Positions 31,536-42,691 of a DNA stretch of 64,000 bases are shown here, one piece after another. The notes under the pieces are model-generated. The model worked only from the letters and a program-made list of their open reading frames with translations, ran no database searches and was not told the DNA's origin. Source of the DNA: an uncultured Gammaproteobacteria bacterium (lineage in GTDB: Bacteria > Pseudomonadota > Gammaproteobacteria > JACCXJ01); assembly GCA_963764725.1 (NCBI GenBank), contig CAVXTM010000001.1, positions 224,001 through 288,000 of the forward strand. The letters are read 5' to 3'. How positions within the stretch are numbered: the stretch's first letter is position 1; every line of letters begins with the position of its first letter. A program made the translations under genes and the position numbers.

Positions 31536-32027
31536 CGATCGCGAAACGCTTGTTTGTTTCTTTATGAAACAAAAGACAACGCGCAAAAACTCCCTAGCCT
31601 GCGTGTAAATCCCGGGCTGCTTGCTTTCTCGCGGTCCGGCCACGTTTAGCACCTCGATGCGGTTTTCCGCCATCCACCCGTAAATAACCTCGGTTCCCGG
31701 TGGGTGTTGCAGGTCAATAATTATATTGGGTTTGCTGTTGCGGGCGGCCCATCGTGCCGTCAGCGCCGTGCCACCGTCCATCACACCACGTATCAGAATA
31801 AGGGTCCCGTCCGCATCGAGCACGTTGCGTTCGCTGCGGTCTCCATAGCGGTCGGAATCAAGCTCACGTAGAGGGTAATGTGCCGGAACGCGTCCATCTT
31901 CCGCACGCCTCCCGCGCGGGCACCAGCCTCCGCAGCGGATCCCCAATTCCAGGGCGGTATCGAGAGCCGCACGGTCGACCCCTGTCTGGCCCCCCGATAG
32001 GATGCGCATGATGTCCGGTTTTTCCAT
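31530..32027 (-). CDS. Putative molybdenum carrier protein (SLOG fold)
   Basis: ILSGGQTGVDRAALD, GGWCPRGR, LNVAGPRES. Confidence 0.88.
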   Translation of the reverse strand: MEKPDIMRILSGGQTGVDRAALDTALELGIRCGGWCPRGRRAEDGRVPAHYPLRELDSDRYGDRSERNVLDADGTLILIRGVMDGGTALTARWAARNSKPNIIIDLQHPPGTEVIYGWMAENRIEVLNVAGPRESKQPGIYTQAREFLRVVFCFIKKQTSVSRSL

Positions 32028-32203
32028 GGCTCGAATGCCGTATCACTTTTACAATGGTTCGTTAAAGGTGGTATCTTCACGTTATTATAGGCAGGCGGAA
32101 TTCGTGGTGGAACGGGCGCAAAGGCTTGGGGGGAAAAGCACGGCAAAGGATCGGCGCGTTGTGTGGGCGGCAAGCAGAGCATCCAACCGAATTAAGGCGA
32201 CGC

Positions 32204-32599
32204 ATGAGTAATATTCCCGAGGACCGTAAGTACACCTCCAGCCACGAATGGGTAAAACCACTCGATGACGGTACGATGCGGGTCGGCATTACCGATCATG
32301 CCCAGCAGGCTTTAGGCGATATGGTGTTCGTTGAGTTACCGGAAGTCGGCGGGGCTTATCCGGCCACGGCGGAATGCGCCGTCGTGGAATCGGTAAAGTC
32401 GGCATCGGATCTTTACTGTCCGCTGTCCGGCGAAATCGTGGAGGTAAATGAGGCGCTGAATCAAAGTCCCGAAATCGTCAACCGTGATCCCTACGGCGAA
32501 GGCTGGATCTTTCGGCTCAAACCAGATGACATGAATGAGATGAATCGTCTTTTGGATCCCGACGAATACGCCGACGGACTGAAAGACGAGCAACACTAG
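32204..32599 (+). CDS. gcvH: Glycine cleavage system H protein
   Basis: [25 protein letters not shown] lipoyl motif, DPYGEGW. Confidence 0.95.
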   Translation: MSNIPEDRKYTSSHEWVKPLDDGTMRVGITDHAQQALGDMVFVELPEVGGAYPATAECAVVESVKSASDLYCPLSGEIVEVNEALNQSPEIVNRDPYGEGWIFRLKPDDMNEMNRLLDPDEYADGLKDEQH

Positions 32600-32741
32600 A
32601 ACTGCTTTACCACGAGTTCGTCACCGCCCCGGAAGCGATTTGATGAGCTAGCCTTGAGGTCGCCGCTGCAGTGGGGATCTCACTGCGGTAAGATCGCGTG
32701 GGCCGTGAGGTACCTCAACGACCAGTCAGGAGCATGAATAA

Positions 32742-33239
32742 ATGGCAACGGTTACCCTCAAAGGCGCCCCGATACATACCAACGGCAATTTGCCGGCGAT
32801 CGGCAGCCAGGCCCCCGATTTCACCCTCGTAGACGGCGCACTAAATGATGTCACCTTGGCGACATACCAGGGCAAGAAGAAACTACTGAATATCTTTCCA
32901 AGCCTCGACACACCCGTGTGTGCCGCGTCCGCCAGGCGTTTTAACGACGCAGCGAAAGGTCACGGCGATGTGGTCTTTTTGATGATCTCGGCGGATCTAC
33001 CGTTCGCAATGACACGCTTTTGTAAGGCGGAAGCGACAACTAACGTGATCCCACTCTCTTTGATGCGATCGCGAGCCTTCGCTCGGGACTACGGTGTTTT
33101 GATCGAGGACGGTCCTTTTGCGGGAGTCACGGCGCGGGCTGTCGTGATCCTGGATGGAAAAGACCGGGTTATATTCACACAGCTCGTCCCGGAAATCGGC
33201 CACCAGCCGGATTACGATCGCGCATTGGCAGCACTTTAG
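32742..33239 (+). CDS. tpx: Thiol peroxidase
   Basis: FPSLDTPVC, SADLPFAMTRFC, PDYD. Confidence 0.95.
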   Translation: MATVTLKGAPIHTNGNLPAIGSQAPDFTLVDGALNDVTLATYQGKKKLLNIFPSLDTPVCAASARRFNDAAKGHGDVVFLMISADLPFAMTRFCKAEATTNVIPLSLMRSRAFARDYGVLIEDGPFAGVTARAVVILDGKDRVIFTQLVPEIGHQPDYDRALAAL

Positions 33240-33364
33240 AAAGCGGTTCGCACTTTTTCACTCCTGTCGCGCCGCTTGCGGCGGAGGAGTGGACCTTCCT
33301 GATGGCCCAGACCTGCGCGGCTAGTGCGGGTACTAGCGTCCATCGTTCTCAAATTCCTGGTCCA

Positions 33365-33425
33365 AACAATATTTATTCCATATAGCTATATAAAAATAGA
33401 AATATAGTCTTTTACCTAATATATC
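33365..33425 (+). promoter_or_regulatory. AT-rich promoter region of the sulfur-starvation operon (probable CysB/LysR sites)
   Basis: Strongly AT-rich tract in a GC-rich genome directly upstream of oscA-porin-sbp; regulator identity is inferred. Confidence 0.45.
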
Positions 33426-33506
33426 TTCCGCGCTAAAGTGCTCGCAATGGCAGCAGCCCTGTGAACCGACGACCGTATCACGTTACTTTGGCTAGAGATC
33501 TCTATC

Positions 33507-33695
33507 ATGCAAGGCAATCGCGCGAATGTCCCCCTTGGGATCGGTCAAACCTCGCCTCTCTCGGTCGAGGACATCCGTTTGGCGCTCCAGGCGCTTCACT
33601 ACGGCGCCGTGGAGATCACCGTCCATAACGGACAAATCGTGCAGATCGAGCGCAAGGAAAAGCTCCGTGCTTCCTCCGCCTCTGCAAGACAGTAA
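33507..33695 (+). CDS. oscA: Sulfur starvation response protein OscA / YezD (DUF2292) family
   Basis: LQALHYGAVEITVHNGQIVQIERKEKLR; first gene of the sulfate-uptake cluster. Confidence 0.85.
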   Translation: MQGNRANVPLGIGQTSPLSVEDIRLALQALHYGAVEITVHNGQIVQIERKEKLRASSASARQ

Positions 33696-33708
33696 AATCG
33701 GAACTGAC

Positions 33709-33791
33709 CAGATCGGCCTATTAACCCCACCAGTTCACTGGAGGTAAAGACAGATGGCATTTAACCAAGAGCTCACCGGGCCACCGGAGGT
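33709..33791 (+). repeat. Two degenerate tandem units, each ending in a 4-bp hairpin followed by AGGT
   Basis: cagatcggcctattaacc..CA-CCAG-ttca-CTGG-AGGT and cagatggcatttaacc..CA-CCGG-gcca-CCGG-AGGT. Confidence 0.55.
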
Positions 33792-33817
33792 TCTCGTAAA
33801 AATAGGAAATTATTTCT

Positions 33818-35225
33818 ATGAGAAACTCCACGCTCACACTCACTCTCCTCGGTGGGTTCGCCACGGGTTTTCATGCTTCACTCGCAGCGGAGGAGGCCAT
33901 TTCGCCCGCGGTACAGCAGCGCATCGACGAGCTCGACCTCAAGGTGCGGACGCTCGAGCGGCGGCTCGAGGTCGATCAGGAAACCAAGCTTGCCGACAAG
34001 GCCAAACAGACGGCCACGGTCTCGGCTGGGGCAGATGGATTTGCGCTCAAGTCCACCGACGGGGCCTTCCAGCTCAAGCTACGCGCGCTCTTACACGCAG
34101 ACAGCCGCTGGTTTTTTCGAGAGCTTTGACTCGGGGACCGACGACACCTATTTGCTCCGGCGCGTGCGCCCCTACATCGAGGGCACGGTCTTCAATATCT
34201 TCGATTTCAAGATCATGCCGGATTTCGGCGGCGGCAAGACGGTCATCCAGGACGCCTACGTCGACGCGCGCTTTCTGCCCTGGTTGCAGATCAAGGGCGG
34301 AAAGTTCAAGACACCGTTCGGCATCGAGCGCCTGCAGTCGGCCTCGGCCATCCGTTTCGTCGAGCGGGCGCTGCCCAATAACATCGTGCCGAACCGCGAT
34401 ATCGGCGGCGAGTTCCACGGTGATATCGGCAGCGGGCTCTTCACCTATTCGGCGGCCGTCTTGAACGGGTCCAATGACGGCCGTTCGAGCGACGACGTAG
34501 GCGACATCGACAACAACGTCGACAAGGACTTCGCCGGCCGGATCTACGCTCATCCATTCAAGGACACGAGCATCGTGCCCTTGCAGGGCCTCGGGATCGG
34601 TTTCGCCGCGAGCTACGTCAACGCCGGGGGCAGCCCGAGCGAGCCCAATTTGCCCAGCTACAGGACTTCGGGGCAGGAGACGTTCTTCAATTATCGCGGT
34701 ACCACCTTCTCGGATGGTGAACGGCTCCGGCTCTCTCCGCAGGGATATTACTACTATGGTCCCTTCGGGCTTCTTTGGGAATACGTCAACGTCTCCCAGG
34801 ATGTCGCGCGCGACATCGACGGTGCGACGCGATCGGGCCAAGTCGACAACGATGCCTGGCAGGTGGCGTTCGGCTATGTGCTCACGGGTGAGGACTCCAC
34901 CTACAAGGGCGTAATACCAAAGAGCCCCTTCTCGTTCCAAAGCGGCACCTGGGGTGCGTTCGAGCTGATGGCGCGCTATAGCGAGCTCAGTATTGACGAT
35001 GAGGCCTTTGCCGCTGGCGACGACTCCTTTGCAAATCCCACTGAGGCGGCTCAGAAGGCGCAGGCCTTCGCTTTTGGCTTGAACTGGTACCTCAACCAGA
35101 ACGTGAAGCTGGTTTTGAACTATGAACAAACGATGTTTGACGGCGGCGGGGGCGGCACGCCTGAAGCACCCAACGACCTCGACGACGAGAAAGTGGTGCT
35201 GGGCCGGGTCCAACTCGCTTTTTGA
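33818..35225 (+). pseudogene. OprO/OprP-type anion-selective porin, frameshifted at a T6 run (34112-34117)
   Basis: Signal peptide and coiled coil in ORF 33818-34129; barrel (LRRVRP, MPDFGGG, GLNWYLN, C-terminal F) in another frame; removing one T joins them. Confidence 0.8.
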
Positions 35226-35234
35226 TCCATTCCA

Positions 35235-36272
35235 ATGAAGCCAAGGAGAAACGCTATGTTTACAAGAGAAGGTTTGCTCGCACTGACCGTCACCACCTTA
35301 GTGTTATCGCTGATCAACCCGCTAGCATCGTGGGCCAAGGAGATCCGTTTGCTCAATGTCTCCTACGATCCGACGCGCGAGCTGTACCAGGAGTATAACG
35401 CGGCCTTCGCGAAACACTGGCAGGAAAAGACCGGCGATACCGTGACCATCCAGCAGTCGCATGGCGGATCGGGTAAGCAGGCACGCGCCGTGATCGACGG
35501 GCTCGAGGCGGATGTGGTGACCCTGGCGCTCGCCTACGACATCGATGCGATCGCGGAGAAATCCGGGCTCCTGCGCAAGAACTGGCAATCCGATCTGCCG
35601 GACTCGAGTTCCCCCTACACCTCCACGATGGCCTTTCTGGTGCGTAAGGGTAACCCCAAGGGGATTAAGGACTGGGATGACCTCGTTAAGCCCGGCGTCT
35701 CGGTGATCACCCCGAATCCCAAGACCTCCGGAGCCGCCCGCTGGAACTACCTCGGCGCCTGGGGTTACGCCCTGCTGAAATCGAATCGTGACGAAGCCAA
35801 GGCCAAAGACTTCATCGCCAAGCTCTATAAGAACGTGCCGGTGCTCGATACCGCCGCGCGCGGCGCGACCACCACCTTTGTCCAACGTGGCATCGGAGAT
35901 GTGCTTATCAACTGGGAGAATGAGATTCTGTTGGCCGGCAGGGAGTTAGGGCCGGATAAGTTCGACATTGTCGTGCCGCCAAGCAGCATCCTGGCCCAGC
36001 CTACGGTCGCCGTGGTCGAAAAGGTCGCAGACAAGCACGGCACGATCGAGGCCGCGCGCGCCTATCTTGAGTATCTCTACACCAAGGAAGGCCAGGAGAT
36101 CGTCGCCAAGCACTTTTACCGGCCGGTGGATGCGGAGGTGGCGGCCAAATACGCCTCCCAGTTCCCGAAGCTGACGTTGTTTACGCTCGCGGAAATAGTG
36201 GGCGATTGGAAGAAAGCCAATCAGGTCCACTTCGCCGATGGTGGGCTGTTCGACCAGATCCATGGACAGTAA
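35235..36272 (+). CDS. sbp: Sulfate ABC transporter substrate-binding protein
   Basis: [35 protein letters not shown]. Confidence 0.95.
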   Translation: MKPRRNAMFTREGLLALTVTTLVLSLINPLASWAKEIRLLNVSYDPTRELYQEYNAAFAKHWQEKTGDTVTIQQSHGGSGKQARAVIDGLEADVVTLALAYDIDAIAEKSGLLRKNWQSDLPDSSSPYTSTMAFLVRKGNPKGIKDWDDLVKPGVSVITPNPKTSGAARWNYLGAWGYALLKSNRDEAKAKDFIAKLYKNVPVLDTAARGATTTFVQRGIGDVLINWENEILLAGRELGPDKFDIVVPPSSILAQPTVAVVEKVADKHGTIEAARAYLEYLYTKEGQEIVAKHFYRPVDAEVAAKYASQFPKLTLFTLAEIVGDWKKANQVHFADGGLFDQIHGQ

Positions 36273-36326
36273 GCAAAGCAATAGAGGGCTTTAATCATTA
36301 ACCATCTAAACTGAGGAAAAATTTTT

Positions 36327-36488
36327 ATGAGTAATTTTATGTGGGGCTTTATTTTGGGTCTGCTCGCCGGCAGCTTCGGCGTCTTTCTCACGCTGGCCCT
36401 AGCGTACATCGGCGCGCGTGCGGATGCAGACGACCTGGCCGATTGGCGTGAGCTGGGCAAAGAGGACGATTGGATATGGATCGGTTAG
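36327..36488 (+). CDS. Small 53-aa single-TM hypothetical protein
   Basis: Not in ORF track. Reads MSNFMWGFILGLLAGSFGVFLTLALAYIGARADADDLADWRELGKEDDWIWIG; GAGG RBS. Confidence 0.55.
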   Translation: MSNFMWGFILGLLAGSFGVFLTLALAYIGARADADDLADWRELGKEDDWIWIG

Positions 36489-36524
36489 AGGTGGTTTAAC
36501 CTAGATAACAGAGAGGTATATGTC

Positions 36525-36740
36525 ATGACCATTAGAGCGATCAATGTACGCAATCAGTTTCGAGGAAGGGTTAAGGAGATCTTGGAAGGACCGGTGGTCT
36601 CGGAGGTGGATGTCGAGACGCCGGCAGGGATCGTGACCTCGGTGATCACCTCGCGCTCGATCGCAGATCTCGATCTCAAGGTAGGGTCGGAGGTGCTGGC
36701 GCTGGTGAAATCGACCGAGGTGGCGCTGGCGAAACTATAG
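36525..36740 (+). CDS. ssuF: TOBE-domain molybdopterin-binding protein (SsuF-like)
   Basis: INVRNQFRG, GIVTSVIT, ALVKSTEV. Confidence 0.82.
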   Translation: MTIRAINVRNQFRGRVKEILEGPVVSEVDVETPAGIVTSVITSRSIADLDLKVGSEVLALVKSTEVALAKL

Positions 36741-36879
36741 GATTAATCCCAAGTGTAGCGGGCCGGCAGCCGCCGGTCCGCTGCCGCCGGTCCGCTCGAA
36801 TCCATGAGCGGACCTCACAAAAGCGACACACGGGTGTCGTGTTCCGCAATGATTTTTCATATGCGGTAGGAGGAGCAGC

Positions 36880-37812
36880 ATGCCGATCAGTCAGATCATC
36901 GATTATTTCAATGACCAGATGCGGGTTGCACCTATGCGCTTCCTTCCCGAGGATCCGATTCGTTCGCGCTACGGGGCGGTCGAGGGGTATTTCGGACCGT
37001 TGCGGCTGACGAGCGTGTTTCAGCCCCTCGTCGCTATCGCCTCCGGCGGGTGCCTCGTCGCCGGCCATCAAGCCTATTTGCGCGCGATCGGTGCGAACTA
37101 CGCGGCGCTACCGGCGCCCGAGGTCTTTGCGAGCGCCCGCGAAGCGGCGGCGATCGTATATCTGGATCGGCTGTGCCGCACGGTGCATACGCTCAATTTT
37201 CTGCGCCAGGCGAACAACGAGTGCTGCTTGTTTATACATGTGCACGCCCGCCATATCCTGCGTGTCCCGCATGAACATGGCGAGTACTTCGAAGCTCTCT
37301 TGCATCGCTGCGGCTTGACCCCGGAGCGCATCGTGATCCAAGTTAGGCCGCCGAGCATGGGGAACGCCGATGAACGCCGCCGAACGCAGGCTGCGCTGAG
37401 AAACTACCGGCGGCGCGGCTATCGCCTGGCTATGAACGTCACGTCCGGCGTCCACAGGGAGAATATTCTCGAACACCTTTTGGAGTTCCAACCGGATTAC
37501 GTGCGACTCGACCGCACTTGCCTGCCGATCGGGGACACTCAGGCGGCGGTGGCCCGGGCTATGACCTTGATCGCTCTTCTCCACGAAGCAGGAGCCAAGG
37601 TCATTGTCCATGGCCTTGAGAGCACGGCGCAAGTGCGTGCCGCCACTGAATTCGGGGTGGATGTGGCCGCAGGAGATCACTTCGGCCGGCCGAGCCCTGA
37701 TCTCAGCAATGGTATCCCCGTCCCGGTGGACGGCAGTCGTCCGTTCGGAAGCCGCACAGCGGCCGGTAAGTCGCCGTTTGGGGCGAACGATGTCTTCTTA
37801 CGTTATGCATAA
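36880..37812 (+). CDS. Degenerate EAL-domain protein
   Basis: SVFQPL, HQAYLR in place of EALxR, PDYVRLDR, HGLES; lacks DDFGTG. Confidence 0.75.
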   Translation: MPISQIIDYFNDQMRVAPMRFLPEDPIRSRYGAVEGYFGPLRLTSVFQPLVAIASGGCLVAGHQAYLRAIGANYAALPAPEVFASAREAAAIVYLDRLCRTVHTLNFLRQANNECCLFIHVHARHILRVPHEHGEYFEALLHRCGLTPERIVIQVRPPSMGNADERRRTQAALRNYRRRGYRLAMNVTSGVHRENILEHLLEFQPDYVRLDRTCLPIGDTQAAVARAMTLIALLHEAGAKVIVHGLESTAQVRAATEFGVDVAAGDHFGRPSPDLSNGIPVPVDGSRPFGSRTAAGKSPFGANDVFLRYA

Positions 37813-37970
37813 TAGTTATTTATAGCGATAGGCAATCGTCTGCTAGATTACGTAACATGACACCGATCCTCGAGTTTCCTTTCGCTGAACCTGCGCACCC
37901 GGGCCGCCGAACACCCCTGAGCGATGTGCCGATACCTGCCGTGCTCACATTGCCGTAAGAGAGCACCGCG

Positions 37971-39773
37971 ATGCCACCTACCATCCAGAAGCGCCCGTCT
38001 CCCAGCCATTCCCCGATCCCGGGGTTCGGACTGACCTTGGGCTACACGATGATCTACCTCAGCCTGATTGTGCTGATCCCGCTCGCTGGGGTATTTGTCA
38101 AAGCAGCCGGGCTCGGTCTTGACGGCCTCTTGCAGATTCTCGGTTCGCAACGTGTACTGTCGGCGCTGAAGCTTTCCTTCGGAACGGCGCTGATCGCGGC
38201 AGCCATCAACCTGGTCTTCGGCATGCTCGTGGCCTGGGTATTCGTGCGCTACGAGTTTGCGGGCAAGCGGCTCTTCGATGCGACGATTGATCTGCCTTTC
38301 GCGCTGCCGACCGCCGTCGCAGGCATCGCCCTGACGGCGCTCTACGCGGGCAACGGCTGGGTCGGCCAGTTTCTGGAATCGCTGGGCATCAAGGTGGCCT
38401 ACACGCCGCTCGGCATCGTCGTCGCGCTGACTTTCATCGGCCTGCCGTTCGTGGTGCGCACGGTGGAGCCGGTGCTGAGGGACGCCGAGAAGGAACTGGA
38501 GGAGGCTGCCGCCTCGCTCGGCGCAACGCGCTGGCAGACGGTGAGCCGGGTTGTCTTTCCGGCCATCCTGCCCGCGCTCTTGACCGGCTTCACGCTGGCC
38601 TTCGCGCGCGGCGTCGGCGAATACGGATCGGTGATCTTCATCGCCGGCAATCTGCCGCATGTGTCCGAAATCGCGCCGCTGCTCATTGTCATCAAGCTGG
38701 AGGAGTATAATATGGCGGGCGCCACCGCGGTGGCAGCCGCCATGCTGGTCATTTCCTTCGCGCTATTGCTGGTGATCAACGCGCTGCAGGCGTGGACCAA
38801 CCGCCACCGGACGCAGCCACCATGTCGAACCCGCTCTGCCTCATCCTGTGCTTCAGGGAGTTGGAGCATGAGTCCGCAGATCGACCACTCGCTGCTCGAT
38901 CCGCCCGAGCTCCCGTTCGAGCCGCTGATAGAGCGCAATGCCGTAATCACCGAGCAGCCTTGGGTCCGCTGGATTCTGACGGCCGGCGCGCTCACTTTCC
39001 TGATGGTGTTTCTTCTGCTTCCCCTGGTCGCCGTCTTTACGGAGGCCTTGCGCGGCGGCTTCAAGCTGTACTGGGATTCCTTGAAAGAACCCGACGCGCT
39101 GGTGGCGATCCGGCTGACCCTCACCGTCGCTGCCATCGCGGTGCCGCTGAACCTTGTCTTTGGCGTGGCCGCGGCCTGGGCCGTCACCAAGTTCGAGTTC
39201 CGCGGCAAGTTCTTCCTTATCACGCTTATAGACCTGCCGTTTTCGGTGTCGCCGGTGGTCTCCGGGCTGATCTACGTGCTGATATTCGGCGCGCAGGGAT
39301 GGTTCGGTCCTTGGCTGGCCGCGCACGACATCCACATCATCTTCGCCGTACCGGGAATTGTGCTGGCCACGGTGTTCGTGACCTTTCCCTTCATCGCCCG
39401 CGAGCTGATACCGCTGATGCAGGAGCAGGGCACGGACGACGAGCAGGCGGCGCTGTCCTTGGGCGCGAATGGCTGGCAGGCCTTCTGGCATGTCACGCTG
39501 CCGAACATCAAATGGGGCCTGCTGTACGGCGTGCTGTTGTGCAATGCCCGCGCCATGGGCGAGTTCGGTGCGGTCTCCGTGGTCAGCGGCCACATCCGCG
39601 GCGAGACCAATACCATGCCGCTGCACGTGGAAATCCTCTACAACGAATACAACTTCGCCGCAGCCTTCGCCGTGGCCTCGCTCTTGGCCGGGCTCGCCCT
39701 GGTCACGCTCGCGTTGAAGTCCTTCCTCGAAGCACGGCACGGCGTCGAGCTATCGGCCTCACATCGTCATTGA
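37971..39773 (+). CDS. Sulfate ABC permeases CysT and CysW in one reading frame (CysW ATG at 38868)
   Basis: CysT: [33 protein letters not shown]. CysW: [23 protein letters not shown]. No stop between them. Confidence 0.88.
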   Translation: MPPTIQKRPSPSHSPIPGFGLTLGYTMIYLSLIVLIPLAGVFVKAAGLGLDGLLQILGSQRVLSALKLSFGTALIAAAINLVFGMLVAWVFVRYEFAGKRLFDATIDLPFALPTAVAGIALTALYAGNGWVGQFLESLGIKVAYTPLGIVVALTFIGLPFVVRTVEPVLRDAEKELEEAAASLGATRWQTVSRVVFPAILPALLTGFTLAFARGVGEYGSVIFIAGNLPHVSEIAPLLIVIKLEEYNMAGATAVAAAMLVISFALLLVINALQAWTNRHRTQPPCRTRSASSCASGSWSMSPQIDHSLLDPPELPFEPLIERNAVITEQPWVRWILTAGALTFLMVFLLLPLVAVFTEALRGGFKLYWDSLKEPDALVAIRLTLTVAAIAVPLNLVFGVAAAWAVTKFEFRGKFFLITLIDLPFSVSPVVSGLIYVLIFGAQGWFGPWLAAHDIHIIFAVPGIVLATVFVTFPFIARELIPLMQEQGTDDEQAALSLGANGWQAFWHVTLPNIKWGLLYGVLLCNARAMGEFGAVSVVSGHIRGETNTMPLHVEILYNEYNFAAAFAVASLLAGLALVTLALKSFLEARHGVELSASHRH

Positions 39774-39784
39774 CGGAGCCACTC

Positions 39785-40909
39785 ATGGAAATTCGAATCC
39801 GCCACATCCACAAAAGCTTCGCCGGCTTTCCCGCGCTGGTGGACGTTAATCTGGACATCCGGTCGGGCGAGCTGATCGCGCTCTTGGGTCCGTCCGGCTC
39901 CGGCAAGACAACGCTGCTGCGCGTCATCGCCGGGCTTGAATTTCCGGACTACGGGACGATTCTGTTCGGTACCGAGAACATGGCACGCAAACCCGTGCGT
40001 GAGCGCCGCGTCGGCTTCGTGTTCCAGCACTACGCGCTGTTCAAGCACATGAGCGTGCTGGACAACATCGCATTCGGTCTGCGCGTGCAGCCGAGGTCCT
40101 TGCGGCCTGATGAAGCCCAGATCCGCCGCAAAACCGTCGAGCTCCTGGACCTGGTGCAGCTAGGCGGTCTGGAGCGGCGCTACCCGCACCAGTTGTCCGG
40201 CGGACAGAAACAGCGGGTAGCCCTGGCCCGCGCCCTAGCGATCGAACCGCGCGTGCTGCTTTTGGACGAACCGTTTGGTGCGCTCGACGCTAAGGTGCGC
40301 AAGGACCTGCGCCGCTGGCTGCGCGAGCTGCACGACCGGACCGGCTACACGACCGTGTTCGTCACCCACGACCAGGAAGAGGCGCTGGAGTTGGCCGACC
40401 GGGTGGTGATCATGAACCGTGGGTGCCTCGAGCAGGTCGGCACCGTGGACGAGGTGTACGAGCACCCTCGAACGCCGTTCGTCTTCGACTTCCTGGGCGG
40501 CACCAACGTGCTCGACGCCGAAATGCACGGACGCAAGGTGTTCCTGCGCGGCGCCGAGCAACCGCTGGTGACCGACATCATCCATCCCGACGGCCCCGCC
40601 GATCTCTATGTACGCCCCGGCGATCTGCGCCTTGCGGACCCGGGCTCGCCCGGCATCGAAGTGCATGTAACCGCCGTTCAGCGCACCGGGCCCATCGTGC
40701 GCGCCAGCGCCGAAGTATTGGCCAACGGCACCGGCATCAGCATCGAACTGCCTCATCTGCACCACGACGCAGCCAGGTTCCAGGCAGGCGCCACACTACG
40801 GCTGAAGATGATGCAGTTCTGCGTATACCCGCGAGCGGCTGCGGTTCATGCGCACCCGGTTACGGAGGCTCCGGAACCCGCCGAATCGCAAGAGCGCACC
40901 CGCGCCTAG
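39785..40909 (+). CDS. cysA: Sulfate ABC transporter ATP-binding protein
   Basis: [39 protein letters not shown]; GGAG RBS. Confidence 0.95.
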   Translation: MEIRIRHIHKSFAGFPALVDVNLDIRSGELIALLGPSGSGKTTLLRVIAGLEFPDYGTILFGTENMARKPVRERRVGFVFQHYALFKHMSVLDNIAFGLRVQPRSLRPDEAQIRRKTVELLDLVQLGGLERRYPHQLSGGQKQRVALARALAIEPRVLLLDEPFGALDAKVRKDLRRWLRELHDRTGYTTVFVTHDQEEALELADRVVIMNRGCLEQVGTVDEVYEHPRTPFVFDFLGGTNVLDAEMHGRKVFLRGAEQPLVTDIIHPDGPADLYVRPGDLRLADPGSPGIEVHVTAVQRTGPIVRASAEVLANGTGISIELPHLHHDAARFQAGATLRLKMMQFCVYPRAAAVHAHPVTEAPEPAESQERTRA

Positions 40910-41173
40910 TATCGCCTTCGGGGCGCTCGGTGAGCACTACGACATCCTGAAAAGCTTCTCGCCAGACGAAACCTGGAGCTGGCCCGGACGGTCCTCCAGT
41001 TGGGCTGCACCGCGAGGTCAAGCCGCGATGCCGACGCGACGTGGCGACTACCCCATTCGGCCTTCACAAGACCCCGAATAGACCTAGTCTAGCGATCGTG
41101 CCGAGAATATAGGGACGTGGTAAAGTCGCTTTAGGATACGTAAGCCGTCGTAACCGGCGGCGGGAGGAGCTCA

Positions 41174-42661
41174 GTGCGCCACACAACGATAGTATCCACC
41201 GTGCTCGCGGCGATGTTTGCCACCTGGAGCGCTTCTCTGGCAGCGACGCAGTTCGCGAATCCCCCGGAGATCGCGAGTGCCAACGGGGTGCTCAATGGCC
41301 TGCTCACCGTAGCGCCGGCTCGGGTGCGGGTCGGCAGCAAACAGGTGGTGACCACCGTCTACAACGCGCTCTTGATGCCGCCGCTCCTGCGCGTGCAGCC
41401 CGGTGACCAGGTCCAACTCCAGGTCCGCAACGACGCCGCGCAGTCGGCGAACATCCACTACCATGGTTTCCAAGTCACCCCCCTCGGTAGCGGCGACAAC
41501 GTCTTCCTCGACATCACCCCGGCTACGACTTTCTCTTATGACTTTGAGATCCCTGCGGATCATCCGTCCGGGCTCTATTGGTACCACCCGCATGTCCACC
41601 CCGAGGTGAATCCCCAGATCGCCGGAGGCCTGTCGGGGGGTATCATCGTCGGAAACATCTTAGCGCCCTTCCCCGAGCTCACCGACATCACCGAGCGCGT
41701 CTTGCTCCTCAAGGACACGAAGATCCGCGGGGGCAAGGTGGTGCGGAATCCCGATCCGACCGGACCGACGACGCGCACGATCAACGGCCTGTTCAAGCCA
41801 CGCATTCACATCCAGGCGGGCGAGCTGCAGTTCTGGCGCATCGGCAACATCGGCGCCAACATATACTACAAGCTCACGCTGCCGCAGCACGTATTCCACG
41901 TGATCGCGCAGGACGGCAACCTGAAGAACCGGCTGGTGCGGAAGGAGACCCTGTTGATCCCGCCCGCGGCGCGCTATGAGGTCCTCGTCCGTGGTGCGAA
42001 GCCTGGCAGGTATCCTCTCCAGGCGCAACGGTTCAGCACCGGTGGCGACGATTACCCCGCTCAGCGCCTCGCGACCATCGTGTCCAGTGGGCCGAGGGTT
42101 GCGAACCCCATCTCACTGCCGACGAGCTTCCCATCGGTTCCCGATCTCAGGCGCGCGCCGATCGCCAGGGACCGCGTGATCACGTTCGCCAACGCGAACA
42201 ACAGCACCAACCCGGCGAAGCAGTTCACTATCAACGGCAAGTTCTATAATCACAACCGTATCGACACGAGCGTGCCGCTCGGCAGCGTCGAGCGATGGAC
42301 GATCCGGAACACGGCGGACGAACTGCACGTCTTCCACATCCATCAGACCGATTTCCAGGTCGTCGCGGTCAACGGCAAGCGGCGGAGTTTCACCGGCTAC
42401 CAGGATACGGTGAACCTACCGTTCGCAAGGCGCAAGAACGGGCGGCTCATCCCGGGCGAGGTGACCGTGATCATCCCGTTCACGAACCCGGTGATGGTCG
42501 GCCAGTTCGTCTACCACTGCCACATCGTGCAGCACGCCGATCAAGGCATGATGGCCAACATCCAGGTGGTCTCGCCCACTGCGATATCCACGGCCGCGCG
42601 GGCGCCCCCGGGTCCACTGATGCCCCTCGTATCAGCCACCGCGAGCACACGGCGAAACTGA
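41174..42661 (+). CDS. Secreted multicopper oxidase
   Basis: Signal peptide; HYHG, WYHPH, HVFHIH, HCHIVQHADQGMM copper motifs. Confidence 0.92.
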   Translation: MRHTTIVSTVLAAMFATWSASLAATQFANPPEIASANGVLNGLLTVAPARVRVGSKQVVTTVYNALLMPPLLRVQPGDQVQLQVRNDAAQSANIHYHGFQVTPLGSGDNVFLDITPATTFSYDFEIPADHPSGLYWYHPHVHPEVNPQIAGGLSGGIIVGNILAPFPELTDITERVLLLKDTKIRGGKVVRNPDPTGPTTRTINGLFKPRIHIQAGELQFWRIGNIGANIYYKLTLPQHVFHVIAQDGNLKNRLVRKETLLIPPAARYEVLVRGAKPGRYPLQAQRFSTGGDDYPAQRLATIVSSGPRVANPISLPTSFPSVPDLRRAPIARDRVITFANANNSTNPAKQFTINGKFYNHNRIDTSVPLGSVERWTIRNTADELHVFHIHQTDFQVVAVNGKRRSFTGYQDTVNLPFARRKNGRLIPGEVTVIIPFTNPVMVGQFVYHCHIVQHADQGMMANIQVVSPTAISTAARAPPGPLMPLVSATASTRRN

Positions 42662-42691
42662 AGCCCATCAAGTAGACAGAGAGGCAGCACC

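Noticed and set aside
31275-33239. TusA + GcvH as an sHdr/LbpA sulfur-oxidation module
   Set aside because: GcvH looks canonical, and no hdr-like or lipoylation genes are present
38792-39784. 705-aa extended CysA ORF
   Set aside because: The N-terminal part is an alternative frame over cysW; the real start is ATG 39785 with its own RBS
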